From an uncultured bacterium (lineage in GTDB: Bacteria > Lernaellota > Lernaellaia > Lernaellales > Lernaellaceae): 28,668 nucleotides of DNA. Each line of letters begins with the position of its first letter. The stretch's first letter is position 1. The notes under the pieces were generated by a model. The model ran no database searches. It was given only the letters and a program-made list of their open reading frames with translations, and was not told the origin of the DNA. The DNA is taken from assembly GCA_964534375.1 (NCBI GenBank), contig CAZHPN010000064.1:1-28668 (forward strand), in the 5' to 3' direction. The translations under genes were made by a program, and so were the position numbers. This document shows positions 7,712 through 15,942 of this stretch, piece after piece.

Positions 7712-9649
7712 ATGGTCGGCAAGCCGTTCGTCCCCTACGTTCCCGCCGAACAATCGGTCGCTGAATTCACGGTCAAAGCCGTCGGCCTGGGCGTGATTTT
7801 GACCCTGGTGATGGCCGCGGCGAACACGTACCTCGGCCTGTACGCGGGCATGACGGTGTCGGCGTCGATCCCCGCCGCGGTGATTTCGATGGGCATTCTG
7901 CGCGGCATCTTGCGGCGCGGGACGATTCTCGAAAACAACATCGTGCAGACCATCGCCTCGGCCGGCCAGAGCGTGGCCGCCGGCGTCATTTTCACCATCC
8001 CGGCGATGGTGATCACCGGCGTCTGGCAGGATTTCCATTATTGGGAAACGACGCTGATCGCGTTGCTCGGCGGCGTGCTCGGCGTGCTGTTTATGATTCC
8101 GCTGCGGCGGGCGCTGATCGTGGAAGAAAAAGAACTCAAGTACCCCGAGGGCGTGGCCTGCGCCGAGGTGCTCGAAGTCGGCGAAAAGGGCGGCAGCGGC
8201 GTGTTCTACGTGATGCTCGGCATCGCGATCAGCGCGGTGTTCAAGTTCCTCGCGGAGGGCGTGAAGGTCTTCAAGGGGACGGTCGAGGGCGCGACGCGCC
8301 TCGGCTCGTCGGCGGCGTATTTCGGCGCCGACATCTCGCCGGCGCTGGCGGCGGTGGGCTACATTATCGGCTTCAACGTCTCGCTGCTGATTTTCATCGG
8401 CGGCGCGTTGGCGTGGGTGATCTTGATTCCGCTCAGCTATCTGCAAAGCGGCTTCCCGGCCGGCGGCGATTCCGTGCTCGACGTGATGATGGAAACGTGG
8501 AAGACGCAGGCGCGCTACGTCGGCGTCGGCTCGATGATCGTCGCCGGCATCTGGTCGATCGTCGGCGCGCGCCGCGGCATCCTGAAGGGCATCGAGGGCG
8601 CGATCGCCGGCTACCGCGGCATTTCCAGCGGCGGCGCGGGCGCGCAGCCGCGGACCGAGCGCGACCTCGGCATGGGCGCGATTCTGCCGCTGCTGCTCGG
8701 CGTCGCGGCGGCCATCTTCGCGTTGTACATGTACCTGACCGGCAGCGTGGGCGTGGGCGTCGTCGCCGGCGTGGCGATGATCATCGCGGCGTTCTTCTTC
8801 GTCGCGGTGTCCAGCTATATTTGCGGGCTGATCGGCAGCTCGAACAACCCCGTGTCGGGCATGACCATCAGCACGCTGCTCTTCGCGGCGGCGATGCTGC
8901 TGCTGTTCGGCATGACCGGCGCCAAGGGCATTCTCGCGGCGCTCGGCGTCGCGGGCGTCGTCTGCTGCGCGGCGTGCACCGCCGGCGACGTCAGCCAGGA
9001 TCTCAAGACCGGCTACCTCGTGGGCGCCACGCCGAAATATCAGCAAATCGGCATGATGATCGGCGCGGCCGTGCCGGCGTTCATCATCGCCCCGATTCTC
9101 ACGGTGCTGCACGCGAGCTACGGCATCGGCGTCGCGGTCAAGCCGGGCGTGAATTTCCTCAAGGCCCCGCAGGCCAACCTCTTCGCGAGCATCGCCAAAG
9201 CGATGTTCGGGCAGGGCCAGACGCTGCCGTGGAACATGGTGATCATCGGCATCGGCGTGGGCGTGGCGCTGATCGTCGTCGACGAAATCCTGCGGCGCAA
9301 AGGCAGCACGTTCCGCATGTACGTCATGCCCGTCGCGGTCGGCATCTACCTGCCGTGGTCGCTGTCCGTGCCGATCCTGCTCGGCGGCGTCGCGGCGGCG
9401 GTCGTGGCCAAAATGGTCGGCAAGGAGCGCGAAAAGGAAGCCGAGCAACGCGGCGTCCTGTTCGGCTCGGGCCTGATCGCCGGCGAATCGCTGATGGGCA
9501 TCGTCATCGCCGTGCTGATCTTCTCGCACATCGAGTTGCCCGCCGCACCGCTTTCCGACGCCGTGCAGACGGCGCTTTCGATCGTCGCGCTGCTCGGGCT
9601 GATCGGCGCGATGATGTGGCTGGTCGTGCGGAAGATCAAGCAAGACTGA
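7712..9649 (+). CDS. OPT family oligopeptide transporter
   Basis: AANTYLGLYAGMTVSASIPAAVISM, ENNIVQT, YPEGVACAEVL, GSSNNPVSG, QDLKTGYLVGATP, APQANL; many transmembrane helices. ATG 7712 with GGAGG. Confidence 0.93.
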   Translation: MVGKPFVPYVPAEQSVAEFTVKAVGLGVILTLVMAAANTYLGLYAGMTVSASIPAAVISMGILRGILRRGTILENNIVQTIASAGQSVAAGVIFTIPAMVITGVWQDFHYWETTLIALLGGVLGVLFMIPLRRALIVEEKELKYPEGVACAEVLEVGEKGGSGVFYVMLGIAISAVFKFLAEGVKVFKGTVEGATRLGSSAAYFGADISPALAAVGYIIGFNVSLLIFIGGALAWVILIPLSYLQSGFPAGGDSVLDVMMETWKTQARYVGVGSMIVAGIWSIVGARRGILKGIEGAIAGYRGISSGGAGAQPRTERDLGMGAILPLLLGVAAAIFALYMYLTGSVGVGVVAGVAMIIAAFFFVAVSSYICGLIGSSNNPVSGMTISTLLFAAAMLLLFGMTGAKGILAALGVAGVVCCAACTAGDVSQDLKTGYLVGATPKYQQIGMMIGAAVPAFIIAPILTVLHASYGIGVAVKPGVNFLKAPQANLFASIAKAMFGQGQTLPWNMVIIGIGVGVALIVVDEILRRKGSTFRMYVMPVAVGIYLPWSLSVPILLGGVAAAVVAKMVGKEREKEAEQRGVLFGSGLIAGESLMGIVIAVLIFSHIELPAAPLSDAVQTALSIVALLGLIGAMMWLVVRKIKQD

Positions 9650-9773
9650 CCCGATGTCCGCCGGCCGCGGCCGTTGCAGCGCTGATCGAAATGGCTTTTT
9701 TTGACAGGATCACCAGAGCCCGCCCCCGCGAAGGCGGGTGATCAACGGGATCAGTTGTCGCGTCAGATGATCG

Positions 9774-9822
9774 CTGTTCGTTGTCCACTGTTCACGGTTC
9801 GCTGTTCCCTGTTCCCTGTTCG
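9774..9822. repeat. CTGTTCN heptamer array (7 units) overlapping the DUF2079 gene 3' end
   Basis: CTGTTCG TTGTCCA CTGTTCA CGGTTCG CTGTTCC CTGTTCC CTGTTCG. Confidence 0.85.
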
Positions 9823-11525
9823 CTGGCCGGTTCGCCCGGCGCGTCGCGCCGATAAATGATCAGGCGGTCGGTTTGATAAATCGGATGGTACGGCAGGCCG
9901 CAGACGATGTCTTCTTCGCTTTCCCAACCTTGTTGTTCCAAATTGATCGGGCACAGTTTTCGGTCGTAGATCACGTAGTCGATGTAATTCGCGAACTCGG
10001 GCAGGTGCCGAATGCTGTAAACATACCGTCGATTCAGCAGATGGTTCATGATGCAGTCGTTGGCGGCCACGCCGGCGTCGGGCGGGATCAGGCGCGGCAG
10101 CAGCGTTTGCAGCAACGCGACGTCCGGATCGGCCGGCGCGGCGTGCGCCCGCAGGTAATTGGCTTCGGGCTTGCCGTAGAAAAAGACGGTCGCCGCCAGG
10201 ATGGCGAGGGCCAGACGGCGTTGCGCGGCGGCGCGGTCAACACGGAGCCGTTTCGCCAGAAACTCCTCGGCGCGCGGCAGGGCGCAGATCGCGCCGTAAT
10301 AGAGAAAAGGGATAATTTCGGAAACGTAGTGATGGACATAGGACATTTTCTGATTGCCGGCGGGCAGAACGAGTTCGGCGAAAAGAAACAGGATCGGCGC
10401 GGCGGCCGGCGGATAGACGAGCGGCAGAAACAGCGCCGGCGCCAGCACGCGCCAACTGAAATCGGCGACGTGCACGTTGAAGATGCCGCCCCAAAAAGCC
10501 CGCGGCCGCAATAGCGGCGAGAGCAGGATTTGCCACGTCGTCGGCCCCAAATGGCTGTACAGGCTGGCGTAGGTGTATTTGTAGTGCAGCAGGTGCGGCA
10601 GCGCTTTGAACTCCAACACCGCGACGGCGGCGGCGAACGCGGCCAAGGTCCAACCCCATTTTCTGTTGCGCGAATCGCAGACGGCGAGCGCGACGCCGAA
10701 CGCGGCGAGAGTGAGGGGGACGGTTTCCTTGCACGTCATGGCGAGCAACGCAAAGCCGAAGAACGGCCAAAAGCGGCCGCGTTCGAGATAGAGCAGTGCG
10801 GCGAAAAGCAGCGGAATGACGAAGGCCAGCGCGTGGTAGTCGAAATTCATGATGCCGTGCAACGGCACGTACGCGAGATACGACAACGGCACGACCCAGC
10901 GGTAACCGGCGTAATCGGTCTTGGCCATCGCGAGTTTCAGGAGGATCAGCGCCGCGAACGGCAAGACGACATTCTGCGCGACGACCAGCGCCAGCGGGCT
11001 GCGAAAGAGCGCGACCAGCGGCAGAAACACGAAATAAAACGGCTCGACGTGATCGTGAAAGAGGTTGATGTTGGCCTTGATCGAACTGAAGTAAAACTTT
11101 CCGTGCAGTGTGTTCCACAGGCTTTGGTACGGAATCCCGATGTCCGAAATGTCGGCGTACCAGTTGAGGTAACGCTGCGCGCCGATGGCCGTCCAGAGCG
11201 CTGCGTAAACGAGCGCGAAACAGCCGACGAGCAACGCCGGCCGGCGCGCCGCGATCGCGGTCAATTTGTCGAAGCACGCGAGGAACAGGCGATTCCCGAG
11301 GCTCGATAGCACGAGGTCTTTGCCGCCCAGCAGCCGCGCCGCGACGAACAGCGCGAGGGAAACCGGAAAGACGTCTGCTAATATTCCGAAGCGGCGGCCG
11401 AAAATCGTCAACCAGCCGCAGACGAAAATCGCTGCCGCGAAGAGCAGCGACAAATCGCCGCACGCGAGTAAAATCCGCGCGGCGAAGGTGCGCGCCGCGC
11501 TGTATTTTTGTTGCGGTAAAACCAA
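9792..11525 (-). CDS. DUF2079-family polytopic membrane protein (GT-C-like glycosyltransferase candidate)
   Basis: DIGIPYQSLWNTLHG, HDHVEP, LVVAQ, FDYHAL, CKE, YSHLG, HY motifs, and an IPPDAGVAA C-terminal domain; multiple transmembrane segments. Confidence 0.75.
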   Translation of the reverse strand: MVLPQQKYSAARTFAARILLACGDLSLLFAAAIFVCGWLTIFGRRFGILADVFPVSLALFVAARLLGGKDLVLSSLGNRLFLACFDKLTAIAARRPALLVGCFALVYAALWTAIGAQRYLNWYADISDIGIPYQSLWNTLHGKFYFSSIKANINLFHDHVEPFYFVFLPLVALFRSPLALVVAQNVVLPFAALILLKLAMAKTDYAGYRWVVPLSYLAYVPLHGIMNFDYHALAFVIPLLFAALLYLERGRFWPFFGFALLAMTCKETVPLTLAAFGVALAVCDSRNRKWGWTLAAFAAAVAVLEFKALPHLLHYKYTYASLYSHLGPTTWQILLSPLLRPRAFWGGIFNVHVADFSWRVLAPALFLPLVYPPAAAPILFLFAELVLPAGNQKMSYVHHYVSEIIPFLYYGAICALPRAEEFLAKRLRVDRAAAQRRLALAILAATVFFYGKPEANYLRAHAAPADPDVALLQTLLPRLIPPDAGVAANDCIMNHLLNRRYVYSIRHLPEFANYIDYVIYDRKLCPINLEQQGWESEEDIVCGLPYHPIYQTDRLIIYRRDAPGEPASEQGTGNSEP

Positions 11526-11613
11526 AGCGACTTTCTCCGTGGCGAAAACGTAGCACGAATTCGGCCGCGCCCGCCACAGCGTACGCCCGACCGACCGGCG
11601 GAGGGCGAGTCGG

Positions 11614-11655
11614 CCGTCAACTGTTCACTGTTCACTGCTCACTGTTCACTGCTCC
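11614..11655. repeat. CTGTTCA heptamer array (6 units)
   Basis: CCGTCAA CTGTTCA CTGTTCA CTGCTCA CTGTTCA CTGCTCC. Confidence 0.85.
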
Positions 11656-11680
11656 GGCCTTGCGCCCGGTCTCGCGATGT

Positions 11681-11710
11681 GAAAGTATACTGACCGGTCA
11701 GTCTAGTTTC
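11681..11710. promoter_or_regulatory. 30-bp palindromic operator over the heme-operon promoter
   Basis: GAAAGTATACTGACCGGTCAGTCTAGTTTC: perfect 14-bp core ACTGACCGGTCAGT and 13 of 15 pairs overall. It overlaps a -10-like TATACT (11686-11691) and abuts the RBS GGAGG. Confidence 0.75.
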
Positions 11711-11719
11711 GGAGGGCGC

Positions 11720-12541
11720 GTGCGCACGCTTTCAGAAATTCTCGGGTTCGTGGTCTTCGCGATGTACGGCGCTTCGAGCGCCGCGTATTTGCGTCATTTC
11801 TTTCAGCCGGACGCGGCCGTCGGCGCGTACAAGCGCACGCTGTTCCGCGCGACGCTGGCGCTCCACGCGGCATACCTCGCGGTCGGCTGGGCGGCAGCCG
11901 GCCACATGCCGCTCTACAACCGTTTCGCCATCCTTGCGGTCGTGGTGTTCGCCTATTCCTTAATCTATCTCGTCGTCGAAACGCGCACCGGCCAGGCCGA
12001 AGTCGGCGGGTTTATTCTCGCGCTGGCGACAATCTTCTTCGGCGTTTCGCTGTTCTCGTTCGGGCAGCCGGTCGAACTCGACGCCCGCTTCCAGGGTCCG
12101 ATGTTCGCCTTTCACATCTCGACGGTGATCCTGGCGTACTCGGCGCTGTTCCTTGGCTTTTTATTCGCCGGCCTTTATCTGCTGCTCTACTACGAAATCA
12201 AGGAACATCGCCTCGGGCGAATTTACCAGCGCCTGCCGCCTCTCGAATTGCTCGCGACGATGAGCAACCACGCCAACATTCTCGGCTTCGGTTTTTTGAC
12301 CGTCGGCATTGTCGCCGGCAGCCTGTGGGCCAAACAAGTTTGGGACCTTTATTTCGGCCTCGACCCGAAATTGATCGCTACGGCCGCCGTGTGGCTGATC
12401 TACGGCGCGGGCGTTTTGGCGGCGCGCCTGCCGGGCTGGTCGCGCAAACGCAGCGCCTATGTGTCGGTTCTCGGCTTCTTTACCCTCGTCTTTTCGTTCG
12501 TGCTGCTGCACTCCGTGGTCGTTTCGCAGCACAACTTCTGA
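11720..12541 (+). CDS. CcsA/HemX-like cytochrome c assembly family membrane protein
   Basis: About 8 transmembrane helices, conserved His (FHIS), RLPPLELL, degenerate WWD motif GSLWAKQVW...DPK, terminal HNF. GTG 11720 after GGAGG. Confidence 0.85.
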   Translation: MRTLSEILGFVVFAMYGASSAAYLRHFFQPDAAVGAYKRTLFRATLALHAAYLAVGWAAAGHMPLYNRFAILAVVVFAYSLIYLVVETRTGQAEVGGFILALATIFFGVSLFSFGQPVELDARFQGPMFAFHISTVILAYSALFLGFLFAGLYLLLYYEIKEHRLGRIYQRLPPLELLATMSNHANILGFGFLTVGIVAGSLWAKQVWDLYFGLDPKLIATAAVWLIYGAGVLAARLPGWSRKRSAYVSVLGFFTLVFSFVLLHSVVVSQHNF

Positions 12542-12549
12542 GGAACGCG

Positions 12550-13179
12550 ATGCCCCGCACGTATCCAGTGAATCTTCTGCTTGACGGCCGCAAGTGCGTG
12601 GTCGTCGGCGGCGGCGCAGTCGCGGCGCGCAAGGCCCGGTCGCTGTGCGACGCCGGCGGCCGCGTACTCGTCGTCGCGCCGGAGATCGACGACGACCTCG
12701 CCGCCATGGAGCGCGACGGGAGGCTGGCGATCGAACGCCGACCCTTCGCCGCGGCCGACCTAGCCGGGGCGTTCGTCGCCGTCGCCGCCACTGACGATCC
12801 GGCCGTCAACCGCGCCGCCTTTGCCGCGGCCCGCGCGGCCGGCGTGCTCGTCAACGTCGTCGATCGGCCCGAGATGTGCGACTTCTTCGTGCCGGCGTCG
12901 ATTGCGCGCGGCGAACTCCAAATTGCGATATCGACCGGCGGGACCGGCCCCGGCGCCGCGAAGATGATCCGCCGCGATTTGGAGTCGCGCCTGAGCGACG
13001 ATTACGCGGCGCTGGTCGAGATCGTCGCTGCATGCCGCGACGCGCTGTTTGTCAAGTTCCCCAAGAATCCGGCGCGCCGCCACGCGGCCATGCAGCGCGT
13101 CCTGGCGCTCGATTTGCTCGCGCTGATCCGGGCCGGCCGCGGGGCCGAGGCGCGGGCGGAGGCGCTGGCATGCATCTAG
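12550..13179 (+). CDS. Precorrin-2 dehydrogenase / sirohydrochlorin ferrochelatase (CysG N-terminal, SirC/Met8-like)
   Basis: YPVNLLLDGRKCVVVGGGAVAARK, ATDD, VNVVDRPEMCDFFVPA, IAISTGG. ATG 12550. Confidence 0.9.
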   Translation: MPRTYPVNLLLDGRKCVVVGGGAVAARKARSLCDAGGRVLVVAPEIDDDLAAMERDGRLAIERRPFAAADLAGAFVAVAATDDPAVNRAAFAAARAAGVLVNVVDRPEMCDFFVPASIARGELQIAISTGGTGPGAAKMIRRDLESRLSDDYAALVEIVAACRDALFVKFPKNPARRHAAMQRVLALDLLALIRAGRGAEARAEALACI

Positions 13180-14435
13180 CCTTGATCGGCGCGAATTATC
13201 GCAGCTCGTCGCTGAACATCCGCGAGTGCATGGCGATCGCGCCCGAGAAATTGGCCGGCGCCCTGGAGCGGCTGCGCCGGATCGACGGCGTCGAAGAGTG
13301 CCTGCTGCTTTCGACCTGCAATCGCACCGAGGCGGTCGTTTTTTTCGCGACAGGCGAGCTTGAGCCGGACCGCATCATTGCGTATTTGGCTCAGGAAAGC
13401 GGCCTCGACGAAGCGACGCTGCGCCCGGCCCTCTACGGGCACGTCAACGAGGCCGCGGTCGCACATTTGTTCGAGGTCGCGAGCGGCCTCGATTCGATGG
13501 TGCTTGGCGAAACGCAGATTCTCGGCCAGGTGAAAACCGCGTACTCCGCGGCGGTGGCGGCCGGCGCGACCGGGCCGCGGCTGAATCGGCTGATGCACAT
13601 TGCGTTTCGCGTCGCCAAGCGCATTCGCACGGAGACCGACATCGGCAAGGGCACGCTGTCGGTGAGCCAGGCGGCCTGCGATTTGGCGGCGAAGATTTTT
13701 TCCGATTTGCGCGCGCGCGCGGTGCTGCTGATCGGCGCCGGCGAGGTCGCGGAACTCGCCGCCCAGATTTTGCGCGAGCGCGGCGTGGCGCGGCTGACGA
13801 TCGCCAACCGCACGCGCGAACGGGCCGAGGCGCTGGCGGCGCAACTCGGCGGCGCCTCGATCGCGCCGTTCGAAAAGCTGCTCGACGCCGTGGCGCAGGC
13901 GGACATCGTCATCGCGAGCGTCGGCGCGCCGGAACCGATTTTGCGCACGGCCGACCTGCGGCCGCTGGTCGCGCGGCGGCGCAGCCCGCTGTTCATGATC
14001 GACCTCGCCGTGCCGCGCAACATCGAGCCCAGCGCGAACGATCTCGAAGGCGTGTTCGTTTACGACATCGACGAATTGGGCCGGCAGGTCGAGGCCAACC
14101 AGGCGCGGCGCGAGGCCGAGCGCGCCCGGTGCCGTGCAATGATCGAGGCGGGGACCGCGGCGTTTCGTGAGTGGTCGGCGCACTTCAAGGTTTCGCCGAC
14201 GATCAAGGAATTGCAGCAGCAACTGGAGGGCCTGCGGGCCGCGGAGATCGAGCGGCTGCGCGACAACCTTGAGCCCGCGCAATACGTGCTGGTCGAGGAC
14301 GCGACGCGCCGCTTGATGACGAAAATTCTGGCGCACCCGATTCTGCACGTGAAAGACGCGGCGAAAAGCGAGGACGCGGGCAAGGTCATCGCGTTCATTC
14401 GCGACATCCTCGGCCTGCACGGGGACGAACGATGA
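13170..14435 (+). CDS. hemA: Glutamyl-tRNA reductase
   Basis: LSTCNRTE, HLFEVASGLDSMVLGETQILGQVK, IGAGE, DLAVPRNIE. ATG 13170. Confidence 0.96.
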   Translation: MHLALIGANYRSSSLNIRECMAIAPEKLAGALERLRRIDGVEECLLLSTCNRTEAVVFFATGELEPDRIIAYLAQESGLDEATLRPALYGHVNEAAVAHLFEVASGLDSMVLGETQILGQVKTAYSAAVAAGATGPRLNRLMHIAFRVAKRIRTETDIGKGTLSVSQAACDLAAKIFSDLRARAVLLIGAGEVAELAAQILRERGVARLTIANRTRERAEALAAQLGGASIAPFEKLLDAVAQADIVIASVGAPEPILRTADLRPLVARRRSPLFMIDLAVPRNIEPSANDLEGVFVYDIDELGRQVEANQARREAERARCRAMIEAGTAAFREWSAHFKVSPTIKELQQQLEGLRAAEIERLRDNLEPAQYVLVEDATRRLMTKILAHPILHVKDAAKSEDAGKVIAFIRDILGLHGDER

Positions 14436-15379
14436 GCGGCGCGATTCGCCTCGGCACGCGCGGCAGCAAACTCGCCCTGTGGCAAACGAATTTCGTCGCC
14501 GCAGAACTGCGCAAACGCCATCCGGATTTGCAAGTCGAATTGCGCATCATTACGACCGCCGGCGACAAGCTCGCCGATCGCGCGCTGACGAAGATCGACG
14601 ACCAGGGCCTGTTCACCAAGGAAATCGAAAAGGCGCTGCTGGCGGGCGAGATCGACGCCGCAGTGCACAGCTTAAAGGATTTGCCGACGATTATCCCCGC
14701 GGGCCTGCGCCTCGGCGCGGTGCTTCCGCGCAACGATCCGCGTGATGCTCTCGTGGCGCGCGCGGCCGGCTCGCTGAAGGAATTGCCTGATGGGGCGCGT
14801 GTCGGCACAGGCAGCCCGCGGCGCGCGGCGCAACTGTTGGCGCTGCGGCCCGATCTGCAATGCGTCGGCATCCGCGGCAACGTCGACACGCGGCTGCGCA
14901 AGCTCGACGAAAGCCGCGATTACGACGCGATCGTCATGGCCGCCGCGGGGCTCGCACGCCTTGGTTTGAGCGGCCGCGTCGCCGAATTTTTCCCCAGCGC
15001 GCAGATGCTGCCCGCGCCGGGGCAGGGCGCGATGGCGGCCGAGTGCCGCGACGGCGACGACGCCACGCTCGCGCTCGTCGCGCCGCTCAACGACGCCGAC
15101 ACGGAAATTGCCGTGCGCGCCGAACGGGAATTCTTGCGCGTTCTCGAAGGCGGCTGCCGCGTGCCGATCGGCGCTTTCGGCGAAATCGACGGCGGCACGC
15201 TGCGCCTTGCGGGCGTCGTCGCGGCGCTCGACGGCCGGCGGTTGCTGCGGCAAAGCGGCGCCGGACCGAAGGCCGATCCGGAGCGCGTCGGCGCGGAACT
15301 CGCCGCGGCCGTGCGGCGCGCCGACGCGGACGGCCTGCTGGCGGAAATTTTCGCCCGCGCGCGCGAGGGTTTCGCATGA
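14432..15379 (+). CDS. hemC: Hydroxymethylbilane synthase (porphobilinogen deaminase)
   Basis: GTRGSKLALWQ, GLFTKEIE, AVHSLKDLP, RGNVDTRLRKL, LEGGCRVPIG. Confidence 0.97.
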   Translation: MSGAIRLGTRGSKLALWQTNFVAAELRKRHPDLQVELRIITTAGDKLADRALTKIDDQGLFTKEIEKALLAGEIDAAVHSLKDLPTIIPAGLRLGAVLPRNDPRDALVARAAGSLKELPDGARVGTGSPRRAAQLLALRPDLQCVGIRGNVDTRLRKLDESRDYDAIVMAAAGLARLGLSGRVAEFFPSAQMLPAPGQGAMAAECRDGDDATLALVAPLNDADTEIAVRAEREFLRVLEGGCRVPIGAFGEIDGGTLRLAGVVAALDGRRLLRQSGAGPKADPERVGAELAAAVRRADADGLLAEIFARAREGFA

Positions 15380-15942
15380 CCGGCAAAGACGCCCGGCGCG
15401 AACAAATCCTCACGGCGGCGATCCGCCTCTTCGCCGAGCGCGAATATCACAATGTCCAAATGGACGAAATCGCGGTGAGCGCCGCGGTCGCCAAGGGCAC
15501 GCTCTACAACCATTTTCACTCGAAGGACGCGCTGTACTTCGAGGCGATCCGCTCGCGCCTCGACCGGCTGATCGGCCTGTTGCAGCAGGCGTATCCGGGC
15601 CGCCGCGAGCCGTGGCGCAACCTGCGCAGCTTCCTGCTGCACTGGCAGGCGTTCATGGTGCGCGAGGCGCAATTTTTCTGCCTGTGGCGCGAGGCGCTGT
15701 GCCGCAATCACCGCCCCGAAATCGTGGAAATGCACGAACGGCTGCGGGCGATCTTGCGCGAGATTCTCGAACAGGGCGTCAAGGCGCGGGCCTTTCGCCG
15801 CGTCGATCCGGACGACACGGCGACGATGATTCTCGGCCTGCTCGATCATCGCGCGGCGGCGCTGATCAAGGCGGGCCGGTCGGGCCGCGACCCGGCGCCG
15901 ATTCTCGATTTGCTCCGCCGCGGGCTGGAGGTCGCGAAATGA
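15376..15942 (+). CDS. TetR/AcrR family regulator embedded in the heme operon
   Basis: ATG 15376 overlaps the hemC stop; RREQILTAAIRLFAEREYHNVQMDEIAVSAAVAKGTLYNHFHSKDAL HTH; its stop overlaps the cobA start. Confidence 0.9.
   Translation: MTGKDARREQILTAAIRLFAEREYHNVQMDEIAVSAAVAKGTLYNHFHSKDALYFEAIRSRLDRLIGLLQQAYPGRREPWRNLRSFLLHWQAFMVREAQFFCLWREALCRNHRPEIVEMHERLRAILREILEQGVKARAFRRVDPDDTATMILGLLDHRAAALIKAGRSGRDPAPILDLLRRGLEVAK

Noticed and set aside
6515..9643. 1042-aa minus-strand ORF and similar long antisense or alternate-frame ORFs (e.g. 14..1315, 3353..4648, 13176..14420, 15846..17459, 21711..22970)
   Set aside because: They shadow well-supported genes; high GC at third codon positions suppresses stops, and the products have no recognisable motifs.
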